NCBI GenBank assembly: GCA_964597545.1
Contig: CAZQXN010000011.1
Location: 1-60,268 of the forward strand
Source: an uncultured Planctomycetia bacterium
GTDB taxonomy: Bacteria > Omnitrophota > Gorgyraeia > 1-14-0-20-64-10
Length of the DNA stretch: 60,268 nt
Reading direction: 5' to 3'
Shown here: piece after piece, positions 1-7,500 of the stretch
Numbering within the stretch: position 1 is the first letter of the stretch
How the letters are laid out: each line of letters begins with the position of its first letter
The notes under the pieces: generated by a model
Told to the model about the DNA's origin: nothing
Databases searched by the model: none
What the model saw: the letters and a program-made list of their open reading frames with translations, nothing else
Program-made: the position numbers and the translations under genes

Positions 1-215
1 AGCAGCTTCAACCGTCGAGGGAGAGTCAGCCCTGCATGTGTATAAATCTTCTGCAATGCTTTCTCAGACATGCGAAACCGCTCCCGTTGCCAATCGCGCA
101 GCGTACGCGGGTGTACATGGCATACTTCAGCGATCTCATCGAGACCAGAGTAATGAGCTAACGCTCTCTCGATCAGTGCCTTCTGGGTTCCATCTAAACA
201 GTCAAGTCGTGGCAT
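1..215 (-). CDS. Partial ORF (first 71 codons; runs off the window edge), small HTH-like DNA-binding protein
   Basis: ATG at 215-213 on the reverse strand opens a frame that stays open to position 1. My translation is MPRLDCLDGTQKALIERALAHYSGLDEIAEVCHVHPRTLRDWQRERFRMSEKALQKIYTHAGLTLPRRLKL. The EIAEVCHVHPRTLRDWQRER stretch resembles a helix-turn-helix. It is absent from the ORF track because no stop lies inside the window. Confidence 0.3.
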   Translation of the reverse strand, partial: MPRLDCLDGTQKALIERALAHYSGLDEIAEVCHVHPRTLRDWQRERFRMSEKALQKIYTHAGLTLPRRLKL

Positions 216-267
216 GACTCAAGAAGACCCTCAACAAAACCCTCACTGTAGTACATAGAAAGAAAAA

Positions 268-355
268 CGGAGGGGGTAGGATTCGAACCTACGGAGGCCA
301 CAAGGACCTCTGCAGTTTTCAAGACTGCCCCGATCGTCCTCTCCGGCACCCCTCC
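268..355 (-). tRNA. tRNA-Ser (anticodon UGA), long variable arm
   Basis: Reverse complement reads GGAGGGG-TG-CCGG-AGAGGACGA-TCGG-G-GCAGT-CTTGAAA-ACTGC-AGAGGTCCTTGTGGCCTCC-GTAGG-TTCGAAT-CCTAC-CCCCTCC-G. It folds as a cloverleaf with a 7-bp acceptor stem, a TTCGAAT T-loop, a long variable arm and anticodon TGA. CCA is not encoded. Confidence 0.9.
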
Positions 356-361
356 CGAAGC

Positions 362-1027
362 TCATGGGTGGAAAAGTTGATTAAAGACTGCGCTGCAGAC
401 CCAGACCGCCTGCCGAAAGCCCTCCTGTAGGTAGCGAACAAAGTGAATCTCTGGGATGACCAGCGCCATAACGGCTACCGCCAGGGCCAAATTTACCCAG
501 TAGATGATTCCCAGAGAAAGCAAGGGTCCTGCAACCTCAAGATCGGTCTGCTTCTGCTTTAACACGTTTACCGTAAAGACCAGGTGAAGCGCAAGGGTAA
601 AGCCAAGCCCTAAAAAGAACCAGGTGATCCACGGCGAGATGTCCCAAAAGAGCTTGGCCGCCCCAAAGAGCAGAGCCCATAAGACCGTATAGATCGGCAC
701 CAGATACGGAGCCAGCGCGATAAAACCAGAGATCCGGTCGGTCTGGACAGCCCCCGACTTCTCTCCCGCCTGAAAACCTTTCACTGCCCCGCCGGAGATC
801 CAGGTGGCCAACGCATGCATCAACTCATGCCCAAAAACATAGATTCGGGTGGGCGAGCCCACCAGCGCATGAAATGCAAGGTAAGCGGTAATCCCCAAGA
901 GAATCGAAAGCTCTGGACCGCGAACCTGCTTTAAGCCGACCAGGAGGCCGTAGAAAGCTACTGAGTAACCTATGGCAAGCGGAATAAGGGCTAAGCCCAG
1001 CAGCAGGCGAATCAGCTTCCCTAACAC
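362..1027 (-). CDS. Polytopic membrane protein with HExxH motif (putative membrane-embedded zinc metalloprotease, M50/DUF3267-like)
   Basis: 221-aa ORF with several hydrophobic helices. FGHELMHALATW carries an HExxH signature. The family assignment rests on this motif only. Confidence 0.6.
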   Translation of the reverse strand: MLGKLIRLLLGLALIPLAIGYSVAFYGLLVGLKQVRGPELSILLGITAYLAFHALVGSPTRIYVFGHELMHALATWISGGAVKGFQAGEKSGAVQTDRISGFIALAPYLVPIYTVLWALLFGAAKLFWDISPWITWFFLGLGFTLALHLVFTVNVLKQKQTDLEVAGPLLSLGIIYWVNLALAVAVMALVIPEIHFVRYLQEGFRQAVWVCSAVFNQLFHP

Positions 1028-1030
1028 GGC

Positions 1031-2311
1031 TTAATCGGGCGACACCAGCTTCTCAAGCCCGTCCATGAAGGGGCGCAGCGCTAAGGGCAAAACCACGCTG
1101 CCGTCGGCATTCTGGTGCTGCTCCAAAAGAGCTATCACGGTTCGAGCCAAAGCCACCCCTGAACCGTTTAGGGTATGCAGGGGCTGGACCTTGCGGGTCT
1201 GGGGATCCCGGAAGCGGATGTTGGCTCGCCTAGCCTGAAAATCCACGAAGTTGCTGCAGCTGGAGACCTCGAGCCAGGTGTCTGTTCCTGCGGAGTGGGC
1301 CTCGAAATCATAGCATTTGGCTGCCGCAAAGCTTAAGTCACCTGTCGCAAGCGCCACTACCCGATACGGAAGCTCTAAGAGCTGCAGCACCTCCTCAGCA
1401 TCCTGAACCAGCTTCTCCAGCTCCTCGTAGGAGTGCTCTGGGTGAACAAACTTGACCAGCTCCACCTTGTCAAACTGGTGCACCCGATTGAGGCCCTTGG
1501 TCTCCTTGCCGTAAGAGCCGGCCTCCCTTCGAAAACAGGCGGTGTAGGCCGTGCGATAGATCGGCAGCTGCTTGCCGTCTAGGATCTCCCCGGCATAGAT
1601 GTTGGTGATCGGCACCTCGGCGGTGGGAATCAAAAAGAGGTCATCATCCTTAAGACGGTACATGTCCTCCTCGAGCTTGGGCAGCTGTCCGGTGCCGGTC
1701 ATGCTGGCCCGATTGACCAGGTAAGGGGGTGCCATCTCGGTGTAGCCGTGTTTTTTGATGTGCAAATCCAGCATGAAGTTGATCAGGGCCCGTTCCAGGC
1801 GGGCACCCGCACCAGTGAAAAGAACGAAGTTGGACCCGGTAATCTTGGCGGCCCGAGCGAAGTCAATCAACCCCAAGTGCTCGGCCAATTCCAAGTGGGT
1901 CTTGGGGGCAAAATCAAACTTTTTGGACTCACCCCATGTCCGGACCACCTGGTTGGATTTGGCATTCGGGCCCACCGGCACCGAATCGTGCGGAATGTTA
2001 GGAATCTCCAACAGCTCTCCTCGGATGCTGCGCTCCAACTCTGAGGCCTCTTTGTCCAAAGCAGCCTCTTGCTCAGAGACCTTCTTAAGGGCTGCAAGCT
2101 GCTTTTTGACGTCGCTCCCCTCACGCTTTAACTTACCCACATCGTCGGATGCCTTGCGTTTCTGATGGCGCAGCTCGTCGATTTGCTGAGTCAGCTTGCG
2201 CAGTTTTTGGTCCTGCTTGAGGAGCACATCCAGCTTAAAGGTAAGATTCCGGTCGGAGATCGCCTTCTTGACCTTGTCGGGCTCTTCTCGAATGAGTTTG
2301 ATGTCTAACAT
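1031..2311 (-). CDS. serS: Seryl-tRNA synthetase
   Basis: 426 aa. N-terminal coiled-coil arm ([16 protein letters not shown]...). Class II core motifs [17 protein letters not shown] and [13 protein letters not shown]. Confidence 0.95.
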   Translation of the reverse strand: MLDIKLIREEPDKVKKAISDRNLTFKLDVLLKQDQKLRKLTQQIDELRHQKRKASDDVGKLKREGSDVKKQLAALKKVSEQEAALDKEASELERSIRGELLEIPNIPHDSVPVGPNAKSNQVVRTWGESKKFDFAPKTHLELAEHLGLIDFARAAKITGSNFVLFTGAGARLERALINFMLDLHIKKHGYTEMAPPYLVNRASMTGTGQLPKLEEDMYRLKDDDLFLIPTAEVPITNIYAGEILDGKQLPIYRTAYTACFRREAGSYGKETKGLNRVHQFDKVELVKFVHPEHSYEELEKLVQDAEEVLQLLELPYRVVALATGDLSFAAAKCYDFEAHSAGTDTWLEVSSCSNFVDFQARRANIRFRDPQTRKVQPLHTLNGSGVALARTVIALLEQHQNADGSVVLPLALRPFMDGLEKLVSPD

Positions 2312-2347
2312 ATGAGATCTCTCGCTTCCCTCAAAATGGCGGTTACG

Positions 2348-3808
2348 TTATCCCTTGATCACCCCGATCGGCCGCATCCGGCAGATCCGACGGGAAAGGC
2401 CCGCGTCATGGACCACTCGAACCACATCGTTGACATCCTTGTAGGCAGCCGGCTGCTCTTCATCCAAAGCATTCCTGCCCCGCCCCATGGCAATGATTCC
2501 TTTGTCCTCTAGCTCCTGGCGGATGTCCCGCCCCTTGGAGGAACGTACCGCCGCTGTCCTGGACATCACCCGCCCTGCTCCATGGCAAGTACTTCCAAAA
2601 GAGTGTGTCATCGAACCTTCTGCACCCAAAAGCAAGTAGGAGTTACGCCCCATGTCTCCCGGAATGATCACCGGCTGCCCATAGGGGCGGTACTTCGCAG
2701 GCAGTTCCGGGTGGTTCGGCGGGAAAGCCCGAGTAGCCCCTTTACGATGAACACACAGGGTTTTCTGCTTGCCCCTCACCTCGTATTGTTCCATCTTAGC
2801 TATATTGTGGGCAACATCATAGATTAAAGACATCCCCAGCTTTTCCCAGGGGCGCCCAAAAACTTGCTCAAAGACCTGGCGGGCACGATGCAGGAGGAGT
2901 TGTCGGTTGGCCCAGGCATAGTTGGCTGCAGAGCGCATGGCACCCAAATAAGCTTGTCCCTCTGGCGAGTGCACTGGGGCGCAGGCCAACTGTCGATCTG
3001 GAAGATCGATGCCGTACTTGGCGCTAGCCCGGGCAGTTGCCTGCAGGTAATCGTCGCAAACCTGGTAGCCGAATCCCCGGGAACCGGAGTGAATCATGAC
3101 CACCACGGAGCCCACGCCCAAACCAAAGAGCTCTTGGGCCGCTTTCTCGTCAAAAACCTGATCCACCACCTGGATCTCCAGGAAGTGGTTCCCAGAGCCT
3201 AAGGTCCCGACTTGGGATTTTCCTCGCTCGTAGGCTCGATCTGAAACCTTGTCCGGGTCGGCCCCCTCCAAGCAGCCGCGCGCCTCAGTATGCTCAATAT
3301 CCTCTGGGGTGCCGTAACCCTGCTTGACAATCCAAGCAGAGCCTTCGGTTAAGATCTTGCGCTGCTGGCTCTGGCTGAACTTGATGTCTCCACCCTTGCC
3401 TACCCCGCAAGGGACATTGGAAAAAAGGGCGGAAACCAAGGTCTTAAGTTTGGGTCGGATCTCTTCTTCGGTAAGCCGAGTTCGGACGAGTCTGACGCCA
3501 CAATTTATGTCGAAGCCGACTCCTCCTGGGGAAATCACCCCGTCCGCTTCGGGATCGGTCGCAGCCACTCCCCCTATCGGGAAACCATACCCCCAGTGGA
3601 TATCGGGCATCGCCATGGAGGCCTTAACAATACCAGGCAGGGTTGCGACATTGGCTACCTGCTCAACAGATTTGTCCTGGGCAATGCCTTCGAGGAGGTG
3701 CTCGTCAGCAAAGATCCACCCAGGCACCCGCATACCGGGCTTAAAGCCCTTCGGGATCTCCCAGCGGGTCTCGTCCAGTTGCTTTAGAGGGATATCGGTC
3801 GTCGGCAT
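2348..3808 (-). CDS. rtcB: RNA 3'-phosphate ligase RtcB
   Basis: 486 aa with the RtcB hallmark segments GSGNHFLEIQ, HSGSRGFG, IPGDMG and STCHGAGR. Confidence 0.95.
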   Translation of the reverse strand: MPTTDIPLKQLDETRWEIPKGFKPGMRVPGWIFADEHLLEGIAQDKSVEQVANVATLPGIVKASMAMPDIHWGYGFPIGGVAATDPEADGVISPGGVGFDINCGVRLVRTRLTEEEIRPKLKTLVSALFSNVPCGVGKGGDIKFSQSQQRKILTEGSAWIVKQGYGTPEDIEHTEARGCLEGADPDKVSDRAYERGKSQVGTLGSGNHFLEIQVVDQVFDEKAAQELFGLGVGSVVVMIHSGSRGFGYQVCDDYLQATARASAKYGIDLPDRQLACAPVHSPEGQAYLGAMRSAANYAWANRQLLLHRARQVFEQVFGRPWEKLGMSLIYDVAHNIAKMEQYEVRGKQKTLCVHRKGATRAFPPNHPELPAKYRPYGQPVIIPGDMGRNSYLLLGAEGSMTHSFGSTCHGAGRVMSRTAAVRSSKGRDIRQELEDKGIIAMGRGRNALDEEQPAAYKDVNDVVRVVHDAGLSRRICRMRPIGVIKG

Positions 3809-3825
3809 CGGCTTATTATAACAAA

Positions 3826-3838
3826 GGGGTCAGACCCC
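3826..3838. repeat. Single GGGGTCAGACCCC palindrome between rtcB and archease
   Basis: ggggtcagacccc overlaps the archease stop codon. Confidence 0.85.
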
Positions 3839-4257
3839 TAGATATCGAAAATGACTTGGGCTACCCAAACCCCTTCGGGGTTCTGGGAGAGTGCCAGATC
3901 GCAGTAGGTGACCGCTTTGATCTCCTTGTCAACCGGGTGACGCTTCAGATCTAGGGTTTCGCCGGCAACAGATGCGGTCAGTTGTGTTGGGGTAAGGGTT
4001 TGAATCTCAAAGGTGCGGCCTAAAAAGTGCTGGGTATCGAAACGGTAGAGCAGCTCCCTCAGCCACGCCACCAAGAGCTGCTCCCAGCCCTTGGCCTGAA
4101 CGGTGAGGGAGATGGTTTGGGTGGAGGAAACCGACTCTGGGGGCACAATCAAGCTGAACATCCCTTGGGCCATGTGGGCAAAGAGTTCTTCGCGGGAGTG
4201 GCCGAAGGCCTTTATGCCGACATCGGCAGTGTGATCAACAACCTCGTAGGGGATCAT
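3838..4257 (-). CDS. Archease (RtcB activator)
   Basis: 139 aa. The N-terminal YEVVDHTADVGIKAFG is the archease signature. It lies directly upstream of rtcB on the same strand. Confidence 0.9.
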   Translation of the reverse strand: MIPYEVVDHTADVGIKAFGHSREELFAHMAQGMFSLIVPPESVSSTQTISLTVQAKGWEQLLVAWLRELLYRFDTQHFLGRTFEIQTLTPTQLTASVAGETLDLKRHPVDKEIKAVTYCDLALSQNPEGVWVAQVIFDI

Positions 4258-4287
4258 GGCGGTTCAAATGGGCCGAATGAGTAAAGA

Positions 4288-4406
4288 TGGTGGGCCGACA
4301 AGGAGCCGATCGCGCTGCGCGCTCTCGGCACTTCCTTCGCCGACCACGCCTTTGGCGCGGTGCCCGGCTCGGTCGCTCAACCCTTCGGGTTCTCGTCCTT
4401 GTCCGG
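4288..4406 (-). ncRNA. Candidate structured ncRNA, possibly small (4.5S-type) SRP RNA; the 3' end duplicates the tRNA-Lys 3' end plus CCA
   Basis: On the reverse strand the 5' CCG(G)ACAAGG pairs with the 3' CCUUGUCGG. The interior GGUCGGCGAAGGAAGUGCC resembles E. coli 4.5S helix-8 GGUCCGGAAGGAAGCAGCC. Total length is about 115-120 nt, with GC-rich helices GAGCCG/CGGCUC and GGCAC/GUGCC. The match to the SRP symmetric loop is imperfect (AGUG instead of AGCA, and one extra loop nucleotide). The only ORFs here are Arg-rich overlapping artefacts. Confidence 0.4.
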
Positions 4407-4426
4407 AATAGCGCATTGAGTTTAGA

Positions 4427-4498
4427 TGGGCCGACAAGGACTCGAACCTTGCTCAACGGATTAAAAGTCCGCTGCTCTGCCAGATGAGCTATCGGCCC
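4427..4498 (-). tRNA. tRNA-Lys (anticodon UUU)
   Basis: Reverse complement GGGCCGA-TA-GCTC-ATCTGGCA-GAGC-A-GCGGA-CTTTTAA-TCCGT-TGAG-CAAGG-TTCGAGT-CCTTG-TCGGCCC-A forms a canonical cloverleaf with anticodon TTT. CCA is not encoded. Confidence 0.9.
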
Positions 4499-4568
4499 TT
4501 GGTGAGTATTCTAGCGGGTTTTACTGTTGGTTGCTATCTGTTGTTGCGGGTAGAGCAACGAAGGAATG

Positions 4569-7500
4569 TTACACAAACTGGCCTAGGTAATCCTGCACAA
4601 CCCCCAGAACCTCTCTTATCGCCTGAGGTAGGTCCCAGGGTTTCAAGCCTAGGCGGCGCAGGCCGTTTTGTCGGTTATCAATCTTCACCTGCTCAGAGTA
4701 CTCCCGGAGGAACTGCCTGGTGGCTCGCCGGCCGATGGCGTAGGGGCCTAAGGCCCCCCTCTGATCCAACGCAGCAAGTAACTCATCCAAAGCTTCTGCT
4801 TCCGGTCCATCGTAGTCCACCGCTACTGCCCAACCCCATCGAACAGCCAACGGCACGAGATCAAAGGTCTCTGCGTCAGTAAAAACGAGCACCTGGGCAA
4901 CGTTAACCACCGAGAGAACTGTAGAGAACCGCTCCAAAGCGGCCACTGCAAGATCACATGAGACGGCCAACTCTCGCTCCTCCAAACCAACATCCGGCAT
5001 GGAGGATCGACGCTTCGGTTTTCGCAGAACAGTAAATGGTTCGGCTAAGTGAAAGTTCAAGCTGGAGACACGCAATGAGTAAGGGAACGGGGCCGCTGAC
5101 ATAGGATCGAGGAGATGGTTGTTGGCTTGTTGGATTGCCTCAATTGTTTCTGTGGAATAGCGGGATTTGCTCAAGTAGTTTCGGTAGCCCCGCTTGCGCA
5201 GCTGCGCGGCAAGCTCAGGATCATGGAACACGATAACGAAATCGCCCGGTGCCAATCTTGGTTCAACTTGGGCCAAAAACTGCTGTATCGACTTGCCTTT
5301 CCCATATTCCCTCAAATTCTTAATGACCACGCTGGCCGAACCTTGCTGATGCGCTTCTTCTAGGAATTGATCGATTGCTGAAATCGCATGTCTGCTCGAA
5401 AATGCGTATGGAACCACTTGGATTCGTTTGAGTGCTGCGCCAACGCCTTTGATTTTCAGGCCCACATCAGCTTCAAGAGTGATCTCTGTCATGGTTAATC
5501 TATGCATGCCGGACAAACTCAGCTTTGGGTCAATTCCCAAAACCTCTTCCGCGACAAGGGCCGGTACAAAATCTGTCCCTATAGCAGGGTAAATGATGTG
5601 CCGTGCAACACCTATCGCCTGAAGGAACTTCCACTGGTTTTCGTATGTTCGATATCGCAGTTGAACCTTCTGTTTATCCGGACCTTTGATTTTCAAAACC
5701 CTTTCCCTGAATCGCGCTGCTTGGGTCAAAACCTTGTTAGCCCGCTTCGCGATTAGGTTTTCCTCCTGGCCGGCATGAGGTGACTCTAGCCGGATCAGAT
5801 AAACAGTATCCCTTTCAAGGGTGGCTAAGGACAAGCTCCCGGTCCCCGACTGGTGGGGAGAGCTAATGAGTGTCCGAACCGCCACGTAAGTAACCTCGCG
5901 CTGTCCTAGCGCCTTCAGTTGCCGAGCGCCTGGCAGCCTGGTGATTTCAAAGAAACCGTTCTCTTCCCAGTCGTAGGCGTCAATTTCCAGAATGTCTCCC
6001 ACCCGAAGGTCGCCTAGATCCTGCACGCGCCCTCTTCGGAGCGAAGCCAAGCGCGCAAACGGCATGTGCATGGCTCCTGCATCCAGAGTACTGAGCTGGT
6101 AGGTTGGGTAAACACCTTCGATTCTGCCCTGCCCTGCTGGGCGCAGCCGCAATGACCCGCTTCTTGCGGCAACATCCACAGAGGTAAGTCTTGCTATTTC
6201 AAAGATGCCTTCTCCCGGCAGGAAGAGGAAATCCCCTTCCTGCAAGGAGGTTTCCTTGCCAATCAACTGCCACCCTTCTTCTTGGCCGGCACGAGGAGCA
6301 TGTGTAAATTCCAGAATGAAAACCCGCGTTCCCAGAGCGCCGCTTGCCGAACGAAGAAAAGAAACGTTGTTTGCCCTTTCAATGGTCTTCTGGAACCGCA
6401 AGTAAAGGGTGCCTTTGCCAGCAACCTGGGGAAAGAATATTTCCTGCTGAAAGCGAGTCCGCATCTGCAGTTCCTGGCTCTGGGCAAACCGCTCAATCTC
6501 TGGAATGCCGGCCCATTCAGGAACTGCAAGCAAGATTTCCCCATTTTCTTTAAGCAGCGCCGGGGCCTTTCGCAAAATCTGCTCGATCATTGCCCTGCCC
6601 GTTGAACCACCATCGCTGGACATGTTGACGATGCCTGCTTGATCTGGCATGCGATCAATGTGGAATTTTCGCATAGCGTCTGTAAAGGGCACCGCTGCCG
6701 GATCCGAAACAATGAGGTCATATAGTTTTCTTTTGCGCTTCAAGGGCTCTGTGAGGTTGCCGCGGATAATCGAAACATTGTGGAGCTTGTTCCTTTTTAT
6801 GTTCTCTCGTCCCAGTCGCAGCAAATCGAGATTCAGCTCTACGCCATCGACCGAGCGCACTCGATCCGCTATGCCAACAGGAATCATCGCGCTCGCCGTC
6901 CCCAAATCAAGCACATCCCACTCTGGCTGCAGAAAACCCTCCTCCAGGAGGAATTCCAGCAATGCTTCGGAGTGCAGAAATGTCCTCTGACCAAAGAGTG
7001 TCTGAATCCACCGTCCCCCGCCAACGTGCAAAAGGAGATCGTCACCCTCTCTTCGCTCTTCCCAGAGGGGTGTCTCCTCCTGGCCGGCGGCGGAATCGAT
7101 TGCTTCCAACAGCTTATTGGCCTCGCCCCGCAGTGCACCAGCATGCCGCGACTTTTCTGCGTATGCGACTAAGATGCCATCCCTCATAATGAGATCAAGC
7201 TCTTCGGACACGCTTTGTTCGTCGACATGCTTGGCAATGATCGCAGCTGGCTTCTGCCAACCTCGCGCTTTGAGCCAGTCGAGCAGCTGGTAACCATTCA
7301 CGCGCGGCATGCCCAGATCAGAAATAACAGCGTCGATACCTTCTCCTTGAGCCTCAATCATATCTTGCGCAGCCTTTCCATCCTCCGCCGTGATCACCTT
7401 CGTACCTGGACGCAGCGCCCGTATCGCTTTAACGGTCGCAGCCAACTCATCGGAATCATCATCCACAACAAGGAAAGTTTGTTCCTCCTGGCCAGTACGG

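Noticed and set aside
4235-4487. Two overlapping Arg-rich ORFs (73 aa on the minus strand, 66 aa on the plus strand) in the archease / tRNA-Lys gap
   Set aside because: They overlap a tRNA gene and a strongly base-paired GC-rich RNA-like element. Their composition (RTRTRRVERPSRAPRQRRGRRRK) is what a GC-rich hairpin gives when translated. Neither has an RBS.
4499-4568. Possible promoter for tRNA-Lys (reverse strand TAGCAA-17-TAGAAT, 9 nt before the tRNA 5' end)
   Set aside because: The -10 is plausible, but the -35 matches only 3 of 6 positions. The tRNA could equally be processed from the upstream 1503-aa gene transcript. There is not enough support to list it as a feature.
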